In this document: piece by piece, positions 16,888-26,500 of the stretch
Layout of the letters: each line of letters starts with the position of its first letter
Position numbering within the stretch: position 1 is the first letter of the stretch
DNA from: Gemmatimonadetes bacterium bin94
Lineage (GTDB): Bacteria > Gemmatimonadota > Gemmatimonadetes > Longimicrobiales > Gaopeijiaceae
Direction of reading: 5' to 3'
DNA: 64,000 nt
Assembly: GCA_002238865.1 (NCBI GenBank)
Contig: MPNE01000012.1
Coordinates: 22,937 to 86,936 of the forward strand
Notes under the pieces: model-generated
Seen by the model: the letters and a program-made list of their open reading frames with translations, nothing else
What the model was told of the DNA's origin: nothing
The model's database searches: none
Program-made: the position numbers and the translations under genes

Positions 16888-19503
16888 TTACCTCGCCCCG
16901 CGTCCACCGCCCTCCATGCCATCCACCTGCGCCTGATACAATCTCCTGCCTTCCTCGAACGTCGCCAGCACCTCCGCCTTGTGCGCGGGGTCGTCCCAGC
17001 GGTCCATCGCGCGCAGTTCGCCCAGCGTCTGGTCGATCCAGCGCACGAAGAACGCCGCGTCCTCGCGGGAACGTATCGGCTCGCCGTCGGCGATCGTGAA
17101 GACCGGATTGGTGTGCGCGAAGAGGTAGCTGTCCATGGCGCCGTGCTGGGGCGGCCCCAGTACCCGCGCGGCGATCCAGCCTGACCCCTCGACCGGGATC
17201 TCCAGCTCGGCATCGATTGCCTTCATGTCGCCCGTGGCGTCGACCGTGTGCACGATCCGGCCATTCTGCACGATCTCGAGCCGGTGCATCGTGAACAGCG
17301 ACCGGGCCGTCGCCCGCACCGTGACCACGTCGCCGAGCGAAACCGCCAGCTCCTCGCCCATCCCCTTCCCGGAAGCCTCCCCGGGTCCGGAAACATCCAG
17401 GGTCATGATCGGGCCGCTGGTCACAAACGCGCGTCCGGCCGCCATGGAGTCGGCCCAGGCGTCATAGTGCAGGTGGTCGTCGCCGGTGTACACGTAGGTG
17501 CGCGTGGTGCCGACCGCGGGATGTCGCCAGATGTCCGACATGACGTCCGTGCCGGCGGTCGCGGGTATCCGCGAGCCCGTGTTGAGCAGACGGTACCAGA
17601 CCTCGGCCGTGCCCAGTTCGTCGCTCCAGATGCACGCTACGTCCACGAAGTCCGCCAGGCCGAGAATCGCGTCCACGGGCAACTCTCTTGCGGAGCCGGC
17701 GCCGGCCTCGTCGGGGTCGCGATGCCGGAGCCCGAAGGGGTGTACGTACCCGCCGATCCCGCCCTGCTCGTGAACCCGGCGCAGGATGTGGGCATTGTCG
17801 GGATAGAGCGCCTGGTGCGCCGTGCCGATCGAACCGATATAAAATGGGGTGATCAACTCGACCAGGTTTAGCAGCGACAGGTGCGCAAAGTAGCTCGGCC
17901 GGTACTCCTCGTTGTAGTAGACGACGGTGCGGGGCCCCGTATGCGGATGCGGGTGCCCGAGGAAGTGTTCGAGATCCTCCACCCGGCTGTTGCCCCAGTA
18001 ATTGGCAATCATCCCGTTCGCGACGTTGAGATCCTCGGCGTGGGCCTTGTTCCGCAAGTCCTCGGGGGTGACGAAGTAGTGGCCACCGTAGTTGGGGTGT
18101 ATGTGATTGTCGCCGGAGTACCAACCGTCGGCGGCCATGTCGATCCAGCAGTCCAGCTGGAGCTCAACGGTGTTGAACTCGCCGGCACGCACCTCGACGG
18201 TGCGCGAAACCGGCGAGTATTCGAAGCCGCGCCAGGCTTCGAGTTGCGCCTCGCCGACCGGAAGGGTCACCGAGAAGCTGCCGTCGGTGTGGAAGTAGTA
18301 GTCCTCGGTCACGCTGACGACGCGGGGGTAGCTGGTGTCCGGGAAGTAGCTGCGCCCGTCCGACCCCTTCAGATAGACGCGGGACGGGAGGATTTCGGCG
18401 TCGGAGTCGCTGATGCGGACGCGCAGCTGCCCGGCCGGTTCCGACCATGCGAAGTCGTCGATCCCGACCCGCTTCGGCTCGCCCCCTCCGCGCGTGACGG
18501 TGTACAGCGCAAAGCCCATCCCGTTGTCGATGGTGCGCGGCTGGTCGGCGGTTCCCCCGTTGCGCGCGTACACAAGGTGCTCCCCGTCAGGTGACCAGGA
18601 GGGGAAGTACTCGTCGGTACGGCTGTGCGTGAGACGGACCGGCTGGATCCCTCGGGGCGACTTCCGGCTGGGCACCGCGTAAAGGTCGTTGTTTCCCGAC
18701 GCGTCGGTGATGTAGGCGACGATGCCCCCATGCGGCGCCACCACCGGAGCTGCCTGGTAGTTTGTCTCGATCCGAATGAGAAGCTCTACCTCGCCGGTCC
18801 CGGCGCTCCACCGCCACAGCGACCCCGACCCGAGCGCGGCTTCGCCCCGCCGCGACACGAACACGATGTCACCGCTGTCACCCACCCAGTCGCCGGCCAT
18901 GTCGTTGGCCTGTGGGTCGGCGACGATCGCCTCGGCGTCGCCCCGCTCGAGGTCGTAGACCCACAGGTCGAAGTTCCCGCCGCGCTCCGTGGTGAAGAGG
19001 ATCCGCGACCCGTCGGGCGACCAGCGCGGGCGGAGGTCGAGGAAGGGGCTGCTGGTGAGTTGCCGCGACTCCCCGGTCGCCACGTCGACCACGAAGATGT
19101 CGAAGTTGCGGTCAACGTCGGTCGCGTAGGCGATGCGGCTCCCGTCGGGCGACCAGGTCGGCTGGGAATGGTAGCCGGGCCCGCTCGTCACCTGTTGCGC
19201 CGTCCCGCCTTCGACCGGCACGACCCAGATCCGCCCCTGGTAGGCGAACGCGAACGACTCGCCGCCGGGCGACCACGCCGGGTAGGTGGGCGATGCGGTG
19301 ACGGGGGGCGGGAAGTAGCTCTCCATGTACATACGGCCCGCGCCGCTGCCCCCGGACAGGGACGGGTAGCCACCCGGGAAGGGGTCGGGGTACTCATACT
19401 GCTGCTGGGCGGAGACGGGGCTGGGGAGGGAAGGGATGGCGGCGAAGGCGAGTAGGCAGAGGGCGGAGGTGAGGTGCGGGGGGGTGGGGGCAGGTCGCTT
19501 CAT
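16888..19503 (-). CDS. PD40/TolB-like beta-propeller fused to a PHP/CehA-McbA-like metallohydrolase domain, secreted
   Basis: Start ATG 19503 (MKRPAPTPPHLTSALCLLAFAAIPSLPSPVSAQ). PD40 repeats: WSPDGSRIAYATD and WSPDGSRILFTTERGG. The C-terminal part has WYSGDNHIHPNYGG and further His/Asp-rich segments. The remainder of the 1534-aa ORF is antisense to the S9 peptidase gene. Confidence 0.7.
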   Translation of the reverse strand: MKRPAPTPPHLTSALCLLAFAAIPSLPSPVSAQQQYEYPDPFPGGYPSLSGGSGAGRMYMESYFPPPVTASPTYPAWSPGGESFAFAYQGRIWVVPVEGGTAQQVTSGPGYHSQPTWSPDGSRIAYATDVDRNFDIFVVDVATGESRQLTSSPFLDLRPRWSPDGSRILFTTERGGNFDLWVYDLERGDAEAIVADPQANDMAGDWVGDSGDIVFVSRRGEAALGSGSLWRWSAGTGEVELLIRIETNYQAAPVVAPHGGIVAYITDASGNNDLYAVPSRKSPRGIQPVRLTHSRTDEYFPSWSPDGEHLVYARNGGTADQPRTIDNGMGFALYTVTRGGGEPKRVGIDDFAWSEPAGQLRVRISDSDAEILPSRVYLKGSDGRSYFPDTSYPRVVSVTEDYYFHTDGSFSVTLPVGEAQLEAWRGFEYSPVSRTVEVRAGEFNTVELQLDCWIDMAADGWYSGDNHIHPNYGGHYFVTPEDLRNKAHAEDLNVANGMIANYWGNSRVEDLEHFLGHPHPHTGPRTVVYYNEEYRPSYFAHLSLLNLVELITPFYIGSIGTAHQALYPDNAHILRRVHEQGGIGGYVHPFGLRHRDPDEAGAGSARELPVDAILGLADFVDVACIWSDELGTAEVWYRLLNTGSRIPATAGTDVMSDIWRHPAVGTTRTYVYTGDDHLHYDAWADSMAAGRAFVTSGPIMTLDVSGPGEASGKGMGEELAVSLGDVVTVRATARSLFTMHRLEIVQNGRIVHTVDATGDMKAIDAELEIPVEGSGWIAARVLGPPQHGAMDSYLFAHTNPVFTIADGEPIRSREDAAFFVRWIDQTLGELRAMDRWDDPAHKAEVLATFEEGRRLYQAQVDGMEGGGRGAR

Positions 19504-19599
19504 GGCACTCTTCGTTTCACGGGGCCGCGGTAGGGGTTCCGGGTACGTCGTCGGCATGGTAACGCCCGGAACCAGCCGTTGCGAGCAGCACCATGACCG

Positions 19600-19830
19600 T
19601 TGACAGGCAACGCGGCCAGGGAGCTGGCCCGGATTCCGCGGAACGATCGCGTCCGAATCGTCCGGGCCATCGACCGGCTGAGCGAACAGCCTCTCGCCGG
19701 AAGCGCGCTGAAGGGCGAATTGCGGGGCCTCCGGCGAATTCGGGTCGGTCGATACCGGGTCGTCTACGAAGTCCTGGACGGTGCGCTGGTCATTCTCGTG
19801 GTCCGTGTTGCGCACCGGGGGGAAGCCTAA
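19600..19830 (+). CDS. RelE/ParE-family toxin, short, with no adjacent antitoxin
   Basis: ARELARIPRNDRVRIVRAIDRLSEQPLAGSALKGELRGLRRIRVGRYRVVYEVLDGALVILVVRVAHRGEA is the typical RelE/ParE layout. It has a TTG start, is only 76 aa, and has an in-frame stop 6 nt upstream. Confidence 0.6.
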   Translation: MTGNAARELARIPRNDRVRIVRAIDRLSEQPLAGSALKGELRGLRRIRVGRYRVVYEVLDGALVILVVRVAHRGEA

Positions 19831-19947
19831 CGTCCCGGACTCGAGTGAGCTGCGCGCCGCCCCGGTTGCCGGAAGGTCGAACCCGACGGAAGTTGCAGGG
19901 GTCTTGTCCCGTGCCCGCACCGCAGGTCCGAAACTCTGGAGAACCTC

Positions 19948-22026
19948 ATGAACGTAGCCGTCTCCGCACGGCCGAGCGGCCCTGGAGCCGCCTTCGCCCG
20001 GACGGGAAGCCTCCGGGCCGCTCTCGGCCTGTCCGCCGCGCTGGTGGCCACCACCCCCACCCCCGCCCACGCCCAATCCCACTTCGAGTCGATGGACGTC
20101 TTCCAGCTCGAATACGCAGCGGACCCACAGATTTCCCCCGACGGCGGCCAGGTCGTGTATGTCCGCACCTCGATGGACATCATGCGCGACCGGAAGCGCT
20201 CCGAACTGTGGATCATCGACGCCGACGGCTCCGATCACCGCCGCCTCGGAGATGGCGGATCGCCGCGCTGGTCGCCCGACGGCACCCGCATCGCCTACAC
20301 CGCCGACGGCCAGATTCACCTGCGCTGGATGGACTCGGGCGAGACGGCGACGCTCACCCAGCTCACCGAGTCCCCGAGCGGGCTCAGGTGGTCGCCGGAC
20401 GGGCGCCACATCGCCTTCAACATGCTCGTGCCCTATCCGGCGCCGAGCCTGGCCGCGCCTCCGAAGGCTCCGCCGGGAGCCGAATGGGCCGATCCGCCGA
20501 TCATGGAGGACCGCTTCAAGAGCCGGCAGGACGGGGTCGGGTACCTCGACTTCGGCTACAACCACATCTTCGTGATCCCCGTAGACGGCGGGACGCCGAT
20601 GCAAGTCACATCGGGCGACTTCCAGCACTCGAGCGCCGCAGCCTGGCAGCCCGACGGCACCCACGTCGTGTTCTCGGCCAACCGCAATCCGGACGTGCTC
20701 GATTACCGCAACTCGGAGTTGTACATCGCGTCGGTGCTGACCGGCGATATCAGCGCCATCACCAACCGACCCGGCCCGGACGGCAGCCCGGCCGTCTCCC
20801 CCGATGGCCGCCAAATCGCCTTCGTCGGCTACGAGGACCGCACCCGGACCTACCAGGTCAGCCGGCTCCAGGTCATGAACGTGGACGGCGGCGGCCACCG
20901 CACCATCACGGCCAGCCTCGACCGCAGCACCTCCAACCCGGTATGGGCCGCCGACGGCAGCGGCCTCTACTTCCAGTACGACGACGAGGGCAACTCGAAG
21001 GTCGGCTTCGTCACGCTCGACGGCGATATCGAGGTCCTCGCGGAAGACCTCGGCGGCACCTCGTACGGCCGGCCGTACGGCGGTGGCTCCTTCTCGGTCG
21101 CGAACGACGGCACCATCGCCCTCAACCAGACCCGCCCCGACATGCCCGGCGAACTCGCGGTGGGCCGTCGCGGCGGCGCTGCCGCCCGCACCATCACCAC
21201 CCTCAACGCGGACCTGCTCGCCAACAAGACCCTCGGCGAGGTCGAGGAGATCTGGTGGGAATCGTCCTACGACGGTCGCCCCGTCCAGGGCTGGATCGTC
21301 AAGCCGCCCGACTTCGACCCGAACCGCCGCTATCCCTTCATCCTGGAGATCCACGGCGGGCCGGTTTCCAACTACGGTGACCGCTTCTCCGCCGAGATGC
21401 AGCTTCTGGCTTCCGCAGGCTACGTCGTGCTCTACGCCAACCCGAGGGGGAGCACAAGTTACGGCGAAGAGTTCGGCGACCTGCTCTACCACAACTACCC
21501 CGGCCAGGACTACGACGACCTGATCTCGGGCGTGGACGCGGTGATCGCCGAAGGCTACGTTGACGAGAACAACCTGTTCGTGACCGGCGGCAGCGCGGGC
21601 GGGATCATGACCGCGTGGATCGTCGGCAAGACGGACCGGTTCCGGGCGGCCGTGGCGCAGAAGCCCGTCGTCAACTGGATCAGCAAGACCCTGACCGCCG
21701 ACAACTGGTACGGCTACTACTTCAGCCGCTACGAGGGGCTTCCGTGGGAGAACCCTGAGCCCTATTGGAAGTTCTCGCCGCTGTCGCTGGTCGGGAACGT
21801 GAACACGCCTACGATGATCATCACCGGAGAGGAGGACCTGCGGACGCCGCTGTCAGAGTCCTACCAGATGTTCCACGCACTCAAGATGCGCGGGATCGAC
21901 ACTGCGGTGATCCGGCTCCCGGGCGCGTCGCACGACATGAGCCGCCGCCCGAGTCAGCTGATGGCCAAGATCGCGAACATCGTGGCGTGGTTCGAGAAGT
22001 ACCGGGTGATGCCGGCGGCGAGTTGA
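19948..22026 (+). CDS. S9 family serine peptidase (prolyl oligopeptidase / acylaminoacyl-peptidase type) with an N-terminal PD40 propeller
   Basis: GGAGAA Shine-Dalgarno motif. It has PD40 repeats (WSPDGTRIAY and WSPDGRHIAF), the catalytic GGSAGG, and C-terminal GEEDLRTP and PGASHDM, which supply the triad Asp and His. Confidence 0.85.
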   Translation: MNVAVSARPSGPGAAFARTGSLRAALGLSAALVATTPTPAHAQSHFESMDVFQLEYAADPQISPDGGQVVYVRTSMDIMRDRKRSELWIIDADGSDHRRLGDGGSPRWSPDGTRIAYTADGQIHLRWMDSGETATLTQLTESPSGLRWSPDGRHIAFNMLVPYPAPSLAAPPKAPPGAEWADPPIMEDRFKSRQDGVGYLDFGYNHIFVIPVDGGTPMQVTSGDFQHSSAAAWQPDGTHVVFSANRNPDVLDYRNSELYIASVLTGDISAITNRPGPDGSPAVSPDGRQIAFVGYEDRTRTYQVSRLQVMNVDGGGHRTITASLDRSTSNPVWAADGSGLYFQYDDEGNSKVGFVTLDGDIEVLAEDLGGTSYGRPYGGGSFSVANDGTIALNQTRPDMPGELAVGRRGGAAARTITTLNADLLANKTLGEVEEIWWESSYDGRPVQGWIVKPPDFDPNRRYPFILEIHGGPVSNYGDRFSAEMQLLASAGYVVLYANPRGSTSYGEEFGDLLYHNYPGQDYDDLISGVDAVIAEGYVDENNLFVTGGSAGGIMTAWIVGKTDRFRAAVAQKPVVNWISKTLTADNWYGYYFSRYEGLPWENPEPYWKFSPLSLVGNVNTPTMIITGEEDLRTPLSESYQMFHALKMRGIDTAVIRLPGASHDMSRRPSQLMAKIANIVAWFEKYRVMPAAS

Positions 22027-22048
22027 GGGGCGGGGGGAGCCGATTCCG

Positions 22049-22459
22049 GTGGCGAAGCCCAAACTCCTCTCGGGCGGCAATCCCCAGATCCCGAAGGGTG
22101 ACGGGGATGGGCCCGTGCAGGCCTACATAGCGGCCATGCCGGGGTGGAAGCGCGAGGTCGGCCGCCAACTCGACGCGCTCATCGAGCGGACCGTGCCCGA
22201 CGTCCGGAAGGCGGTCAGGTGGAATTCGCCCTTCTACGGCATCGAGGGCCAGGGCTGGTTCCTCTCGTTCCACTGCTTCACGAAGTACATCAAGGTGACG
22301 TTGCTCAACGGTGCCTCGCTGCGGCCGGTGCCGCCGGTGGCCTCCAAGTACGAGCACGTGCGGTATTTCCACATCCATGAGGACGACGAGCTCGACGATA
22401 ACCTCCTGGTAGCCTGGCTCGGACAGGCATCGGCGCTGCCTGGAGAGGAGCTGTTTTGA
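22049..22459 (+). CDS. DUF1801 (YdhG-like) domain protein
   Basis: GTG start, 136 aa. The segment VQAYIAAMPGWKREVGRQLDALIERTVPDVRKAVRWNSPFYG...KYIKVTL is typical of the family. Confidence 0.6.
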   Translation: MAKPKLLSGGNPQIPKGDGDGPVQAYIAAMPGWKREVGRQLDALIERTVPDVRKAVRWNSPFYGIEGQGWFLSFHCFTKYIKVTLLNGASLRPVPPVASKYEHVRYFHIHEDDELDDNLLVAWLGQASALPGEELF

Positions 22460-22608
22460 TGATGCGTGCGTGGTTGCCTCGCGCGCCGAGAAGGCTGAGC
22501 CTCCTCCGAGCCCTCACGACCAATCGACACTTTTCTCAAGCTGGATTCGAAACGGTGCCTCGGGTGCCGGACCGGCGCCCACGCTACAGCATCGGGGAGT
22601 AAACCGAA

Positions 22609-25600
22609 ATGAAGAGCTTCACGCAAAAGACGGTCACGGCGCTCAACCGGCCAGCGCTGGCCATCCTCAGCCTCGTCGCCCTCTCGGCGCTCCCGGCCCC
22701 TGCATACGCCCAGGAGTCCGCCGACACCCCCGACTCCCTCGCCACCGAGTCCCTCCCGCTCGAGCCCACCCGCGAGGTCCGCTTCACGACCACCGAGGGC
22801 TCCTGGATCTCGGTCGACATCAGCCCGGACGGCGCGACCCTCGTCTTCGACCTGCTCGGCGACCTCTACACCCTCCCCGTCGACGGCGGAACCGCCACGC
22901 CGTTCCTCACCGGCCCCGCCTTCGAAAGCCAGCCGCGCTTCAGCCCCGACGGGTCGGAGATCGTCTTCGTCTCGGACCGCAGCGGGGGGCACAACCTGTG
23001 GGTCATGAGCGTGGACGGGTCGGACACGACCCAGATCACGAAGGGCAACGACAATCTGTACACGTCGCCGGATTGGTCGCCCGACGGCGACTACCTGGTT
23101 GCATCCCGCACCTTCAGCCCCCTCGGGGGCGCCGCCAAGCCGTGGCTCTTTCACCGTGACGGCGGCAGTGGGATCGCGCTGATCGACGAGCCCGAGCAGC
23201 TGAAGGCCATCGGCGCCGCGTTCGACCCGTCCGGCCGGTACATCTACCTGGCCCAGGGGACGCGGGACTGGACCTACGACGCGGCCTTCCCCAAGTACCA
23301 GCTCGTGCGCTACGACCGCGAGACGGGGCGGAGCCCAACCGTGACTGGGCGCTACGGTTCCGGTTTCCGCCCGGCAATCTCCCCCGACGGAACCACTCTG
23401 GTCTACGGTTCCCGGCACGAGGACGCGACCGGCCTCCGCGCCCGCGACCTCGCCACCGGCGACGAGCGCTGGCTGGTCTACCCGGTCCAGCGCGACGACA
23501 TGGAGAGCCGGGCCACCCTCGACCTCCTCCCGGGCTACGCCTTCACGCCCGACGCCTCGGCACTGATCGCCTCGTACGGCGGACGCCTCTGGCGCGTGCC
23601 CCTCGCCACCGGCGCGACCAACGCGACCGAGCCCACCGAGATCCCCTTCACCGCCGACGTGACGATCCACGCGGGGCCGCGCCTCGACTTCGCCTACCCG
23701 GTCGAGGACACGCCAACCTTCCGCGTGCGCCAGATCCGAGACGTGGCCCTGTCGCCCGACGGAAGCGAGATCGCGTTTGCGGCGCTTGGCCAGTTGTATG
23801 TGATGGATGCCGATGGGGGTGAGCCGCGCCGGATCGGCGCGGAGGCCGACGGTGCTCTGTTCCATCCTGCCTGGTCGCCCGACGGCGAGACGCTGGCGGC
23901 GGTGAGCTGGCGTGAACCTGACGGTGGCCATCTCTGGACGATCCCGCGCGATGGCGACGCCGCCCGGCGCGTCTCGGAAGCCCCGCACTACCTCCAGTCG
24001 CCCGCGTGGTCGCCCGGCGGCGACCGGATCGTGGCGCTGCAGGCCCCTGTCCGCAGCCGACTGTCCGGCGCAGGCGGAGGGAGCCAGACCGAAATCGTCT
24101 GGTACGGGGTGGACGGCGGCGCGGCGACGGCCGTCGCCGAGTCCCTGGGGCGTTCGCAGCCCCACTTCCAGGCCGACCAGGCCGACCGCATCTATCTGCA
24201 CGCGGGCGCGCGCGGACTGGTCTCGGTGCGCTGGGACGGCACCGACGAGAAGGAGCACCTCAAAGTCACCGGGTTCACAGCGAACCGCGGTGGCCCGCCG
24301 GCCAACGCCTCGTCGATCCGCATGGCCCCGGCCGGCGACCGAGCCGTGGCCAGGGTCGGCAACGACCTGTACGTAGTGACCGTCCCGCAGGTGGGCGCCG
24401 AGGCGCCGACGGTCTCGGTGCGCAATCCTTCCGGCGCCACGGTGCCGGTCACCCGGATCACCGACATCGGTGGCGAGTTCCCGTCGTGGAGCAGCGACGG
24501 CGAAGAGGTCGTGTGGGCGCTTGGCAACGCCTACTTCCGCTACAACCTCGATGACGCGACGGCATTTGCGGACAGCGTGGAAGCGGCCGAGGCCGACCAA
24601 CCTGCCGAGGCCGACGAACCCGCCGAGTCCGACGACGACGCGCGCTACGAGCCCACCGAAGTCCGGGTCGAACTCGACGTCCCCCGCGACCTCCCCACCG
24701 GCACACTCCTGCTCAGCGGCGCCCGCCTCGTCACCATGCGGGGCGACGAGGTCATCGAACGGGGCGACATCCTCATCGACGGCAACCGCATCGCCGCGGT
24801 GGGCCCGTCCGGCACGCTCACGGTACCCGACGGCACCGAGACCCGCGACGTCTCCGGCATGACCATCACGCCCGGCTTCGTCGACACGCACGCCCACCTC
24901 CGTCCGCCGGCCGGCGTCCACACCACGCAGCCGTGGGGATACCTCGCCAACCTGGCCTTCGGCGTCACCACAACACGCGACCCCCAGACCGGTGTCTCGG
25001 ACGTCCTCACCTACGCCGACCGGGTGCGGTCAGGCGATATCCTCGGGCCGCGCATCTACTCCACCGGTCCGGGAGTCCTGGCCAACTACCAGGCCAACGA
25101 GGGCATCCGCGACCTCGACCATGCCCGCGACGTCCTCAGGCGCTACTCGGACTACTACGACACCAAGACCTTCAAGATGTACCTCGCGGGGAACCGCCAG
25201 CAGCGCCAATGGCTCGTCATGGCGGCGCGCGAACTGGAGCTGATGCCGGCGACCGAGGCCGGCCTCGACTTCCAGCTCGACCTGACGCACGCCATGGACG
25301 GCTACCCCGCCATCGAGCACAACCTGCCCGTCTACCCGCTCTACCACGACGTCGTGCGCCTCTTTTCGGAGACGAAGGTCCTCAACACGCCGACCCTCAT
25401 CGTCTCCTTCGGCGGCCCAATGGGCGAGATCTACTGGTTCACGAACGAGAACGTCCACGGCAACGAGCGCCTGGCCCGCTTCACCCCGCACGAGACCCTC
25501 GATTCCCGTACCCGGCGACGCGCGGGCGCCGCGGGATCGGTCGCGTGGGCGATGGACGAGGAGTACGTCTTCGAGGACCACGCCCGCTTCCTCGCCGATG

Positions 25601-25977
25601 TCGTCGCCGACGGCGGCTTCGCGGGGGTCGGCAGCCACGGCCAGCTGCAAGGCCTCGGCTTCCACTGGGAGCTGTGGATGGTCGCGTCGGGCGGCATGTC
25701 GAACCACGACGCGCTCAAATCCGCCACGATCTTCGGCGCGAACGGCATCGGGCTGGAGACCGAAATCGGCTCGATCGAGCCCGGCAAGCTGGCCGACCTG
25801 ACGATCCTGTCACGCAATCCCCTCGACGACCTGCGCAATACCGTGTCCGTCGACCAGGTGATGATGAACGGGCGCCTGTTCGACGCGGAGACGCTGGACG
25901 AGGTGTGGCCGCGGCAGCGGACGCTGGGGTATCGCGGGTTCGTGGAGGACGAGCCGAGGGTCGGCGAGCATCGGTAG
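22609..25977 (+). CDS. PD40/TolB-like beta-propeller fused to an amidohydrolase domain, secreted (paralogue of 11445..14600)
   Basis: Signal peptide: LAILSLVALSALPAPAYAQ. PD40 repeats: ISPDGATLVF and FSPDGSEIVFVSDRSGG. The C-terminal part has ITPGFVDTHAHL and an EPGKLADL tail. Confidence 0.8.
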   Translation: MKSFTQKTVTALNRPALAILSLVALSALPAPAYAQESADTPDSLATESLPLEPTREVRFTTTEGSWISVDISPDGATLVFDLLGDLYTLPVDGGTATPFLTGPAFESQPRFSPDGSEIVFVSDRSGGHNLWVMSVDGSDTTQITKGNDNLYTSPDWSPDGDYLVASRTFSPLGGAAKPWLFHRDGGSGIALIDEPEQLKAIGAAFDPSGRYIYLAQGTRDWTYDAAFPKYQLVRYDRETGRSPTVTGRYGSGFRPAISPDGTTLVYGSRHEDATGLRARDLATGDERWLVYPVQRDDMESRATLDLLPGYAFTPDASALIASYGGRLWRVPLATGATNATEPTEIPFTADVTIHAGPRLDFAYPVEDTPTFRVRQIRDVALSPDGSEIAFAALGQLYVMDADGGEPRRIGAEADGALFHPAWSPDGETLAAVSWREPDGGHLWTIPRDGDAARRVSEAPHYLQSPAWSPGGDRIVALQAPVRSRLSGAGGGSQTEIVWYGVDGGAATAVAESLGRSQPHFQADQADRIYLHAGARGLVSVRWDGTDEKEHLKVTGFTANRGGPPANASSIRMAPAGDRAVARVGNDLYVVTVPQVGAEAPTVSVRNPSGATVPVTRITDIGGEFPSWSSDGEEVVWALGNAYFRYNLDDATAFADSVEAAEADQPAEADEPAESDDDARYEPTEVRVELDVPRDLPTGTLLLSGARLVTMRGDEVIERGDILIDGNRIAAVGPSGTLTVPDGTETRDVSGMTITPGFVDTHAHLRPPAGVHTTQPWGYLANLAFGVTTTRDPQTGVSDVLTYADRVRSGDILGPRIYSTGPGVLANYQANEGIRDLDHARDVLRRYSDYYDTKTFKMYLAGNRQQRQWLVMAARELELMPATEAGLDFQLDLTHAMDGYPAIEHNLPVYPLYHDVVRLFSETKVLNTPTLIVSFGGPMGEIYWFTNENVHGNERLARFTPHETLDSRTRRRAGAAGSVAWAMDEEYVFEDHARFLADVVADGGFAGVGSHGQLQGLGFHWELWMVASGGMSNHDALKSATIFGANGIGLETEIGSIEPGKLADLTILSRNPLDDLRNTVSVDQVMMNGRLFDAETLDEVWPRQRTLGYRGFVEDEPRVGEHR

Positions 25978-26500
25978 GCTTGAACCGAGACCGTCTAATG
26001 GGTCAGATTGGATGTGGGGAAGCATCTGGCAACCTTTTTGCTCAAGGTCGCCTCCCTCCCAGGTCGAGCCGACTTGGCGTGGGTATCATCCGCCAAGCGC
26101 GAAAGCGAGAGTAAGAAGCGGGAGGTGTTTACTACACCGGTGCGATGCTTCAGCACCTGGTCGGTGCAACCCTCGCATGTTCACACGAGGGCGTGACACA
26201 TAACCGACATTCTTGGAAGGTCGACGTGAGGCGTTGTGTTCGATTATCGATCGCTACAATCAGATTATCGAGGAGTGCGAAACCGATTTGACCTACCTTC
26301 CCCCTATGTCCGGGGTGGCACTTGCCACCGTGCCGGCGGCGGACATGCATGGAGTAAAGGCATAAAGGCATAAGGCAGGCTCCCCGACAGCTATGGCGTC
26401 ATGATATGCTCGCGCTTCTCCTGTCGCCGGAGTAACGTGGAAGAGGGGGGCCAAGAGCAGGATGAACAGGATGAGATACAACCGGGAGAGAATGCTCTCC

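Noticed and set aside
19504-21492. The upstream two-fifths of the 1534-aa minus-strand ORF 16888..21492
   Set aside because: This part is antisense to the well-supported S9 peptidase gene (19948..22026) and has Arg/Gly/Ala-rich composition with no motifs. The real gene starts at ATG 19503, with a signal peptide. Long antisense ORFs are expected at this GC content.
22234-24921. An 895-aa minus-strand ORF antisense to the amidohydrolase gene 22609..25977. Similar antisense or off-frame ORFs occur at 26..1462, 35773..37251, 58524..60242 and elsewhere.
   Set aside because: The opposite or alternative frame carries clear family motifs in each case. These ORFs have low-complexity Arg/Gly/Pro-rich translations and no start signals.
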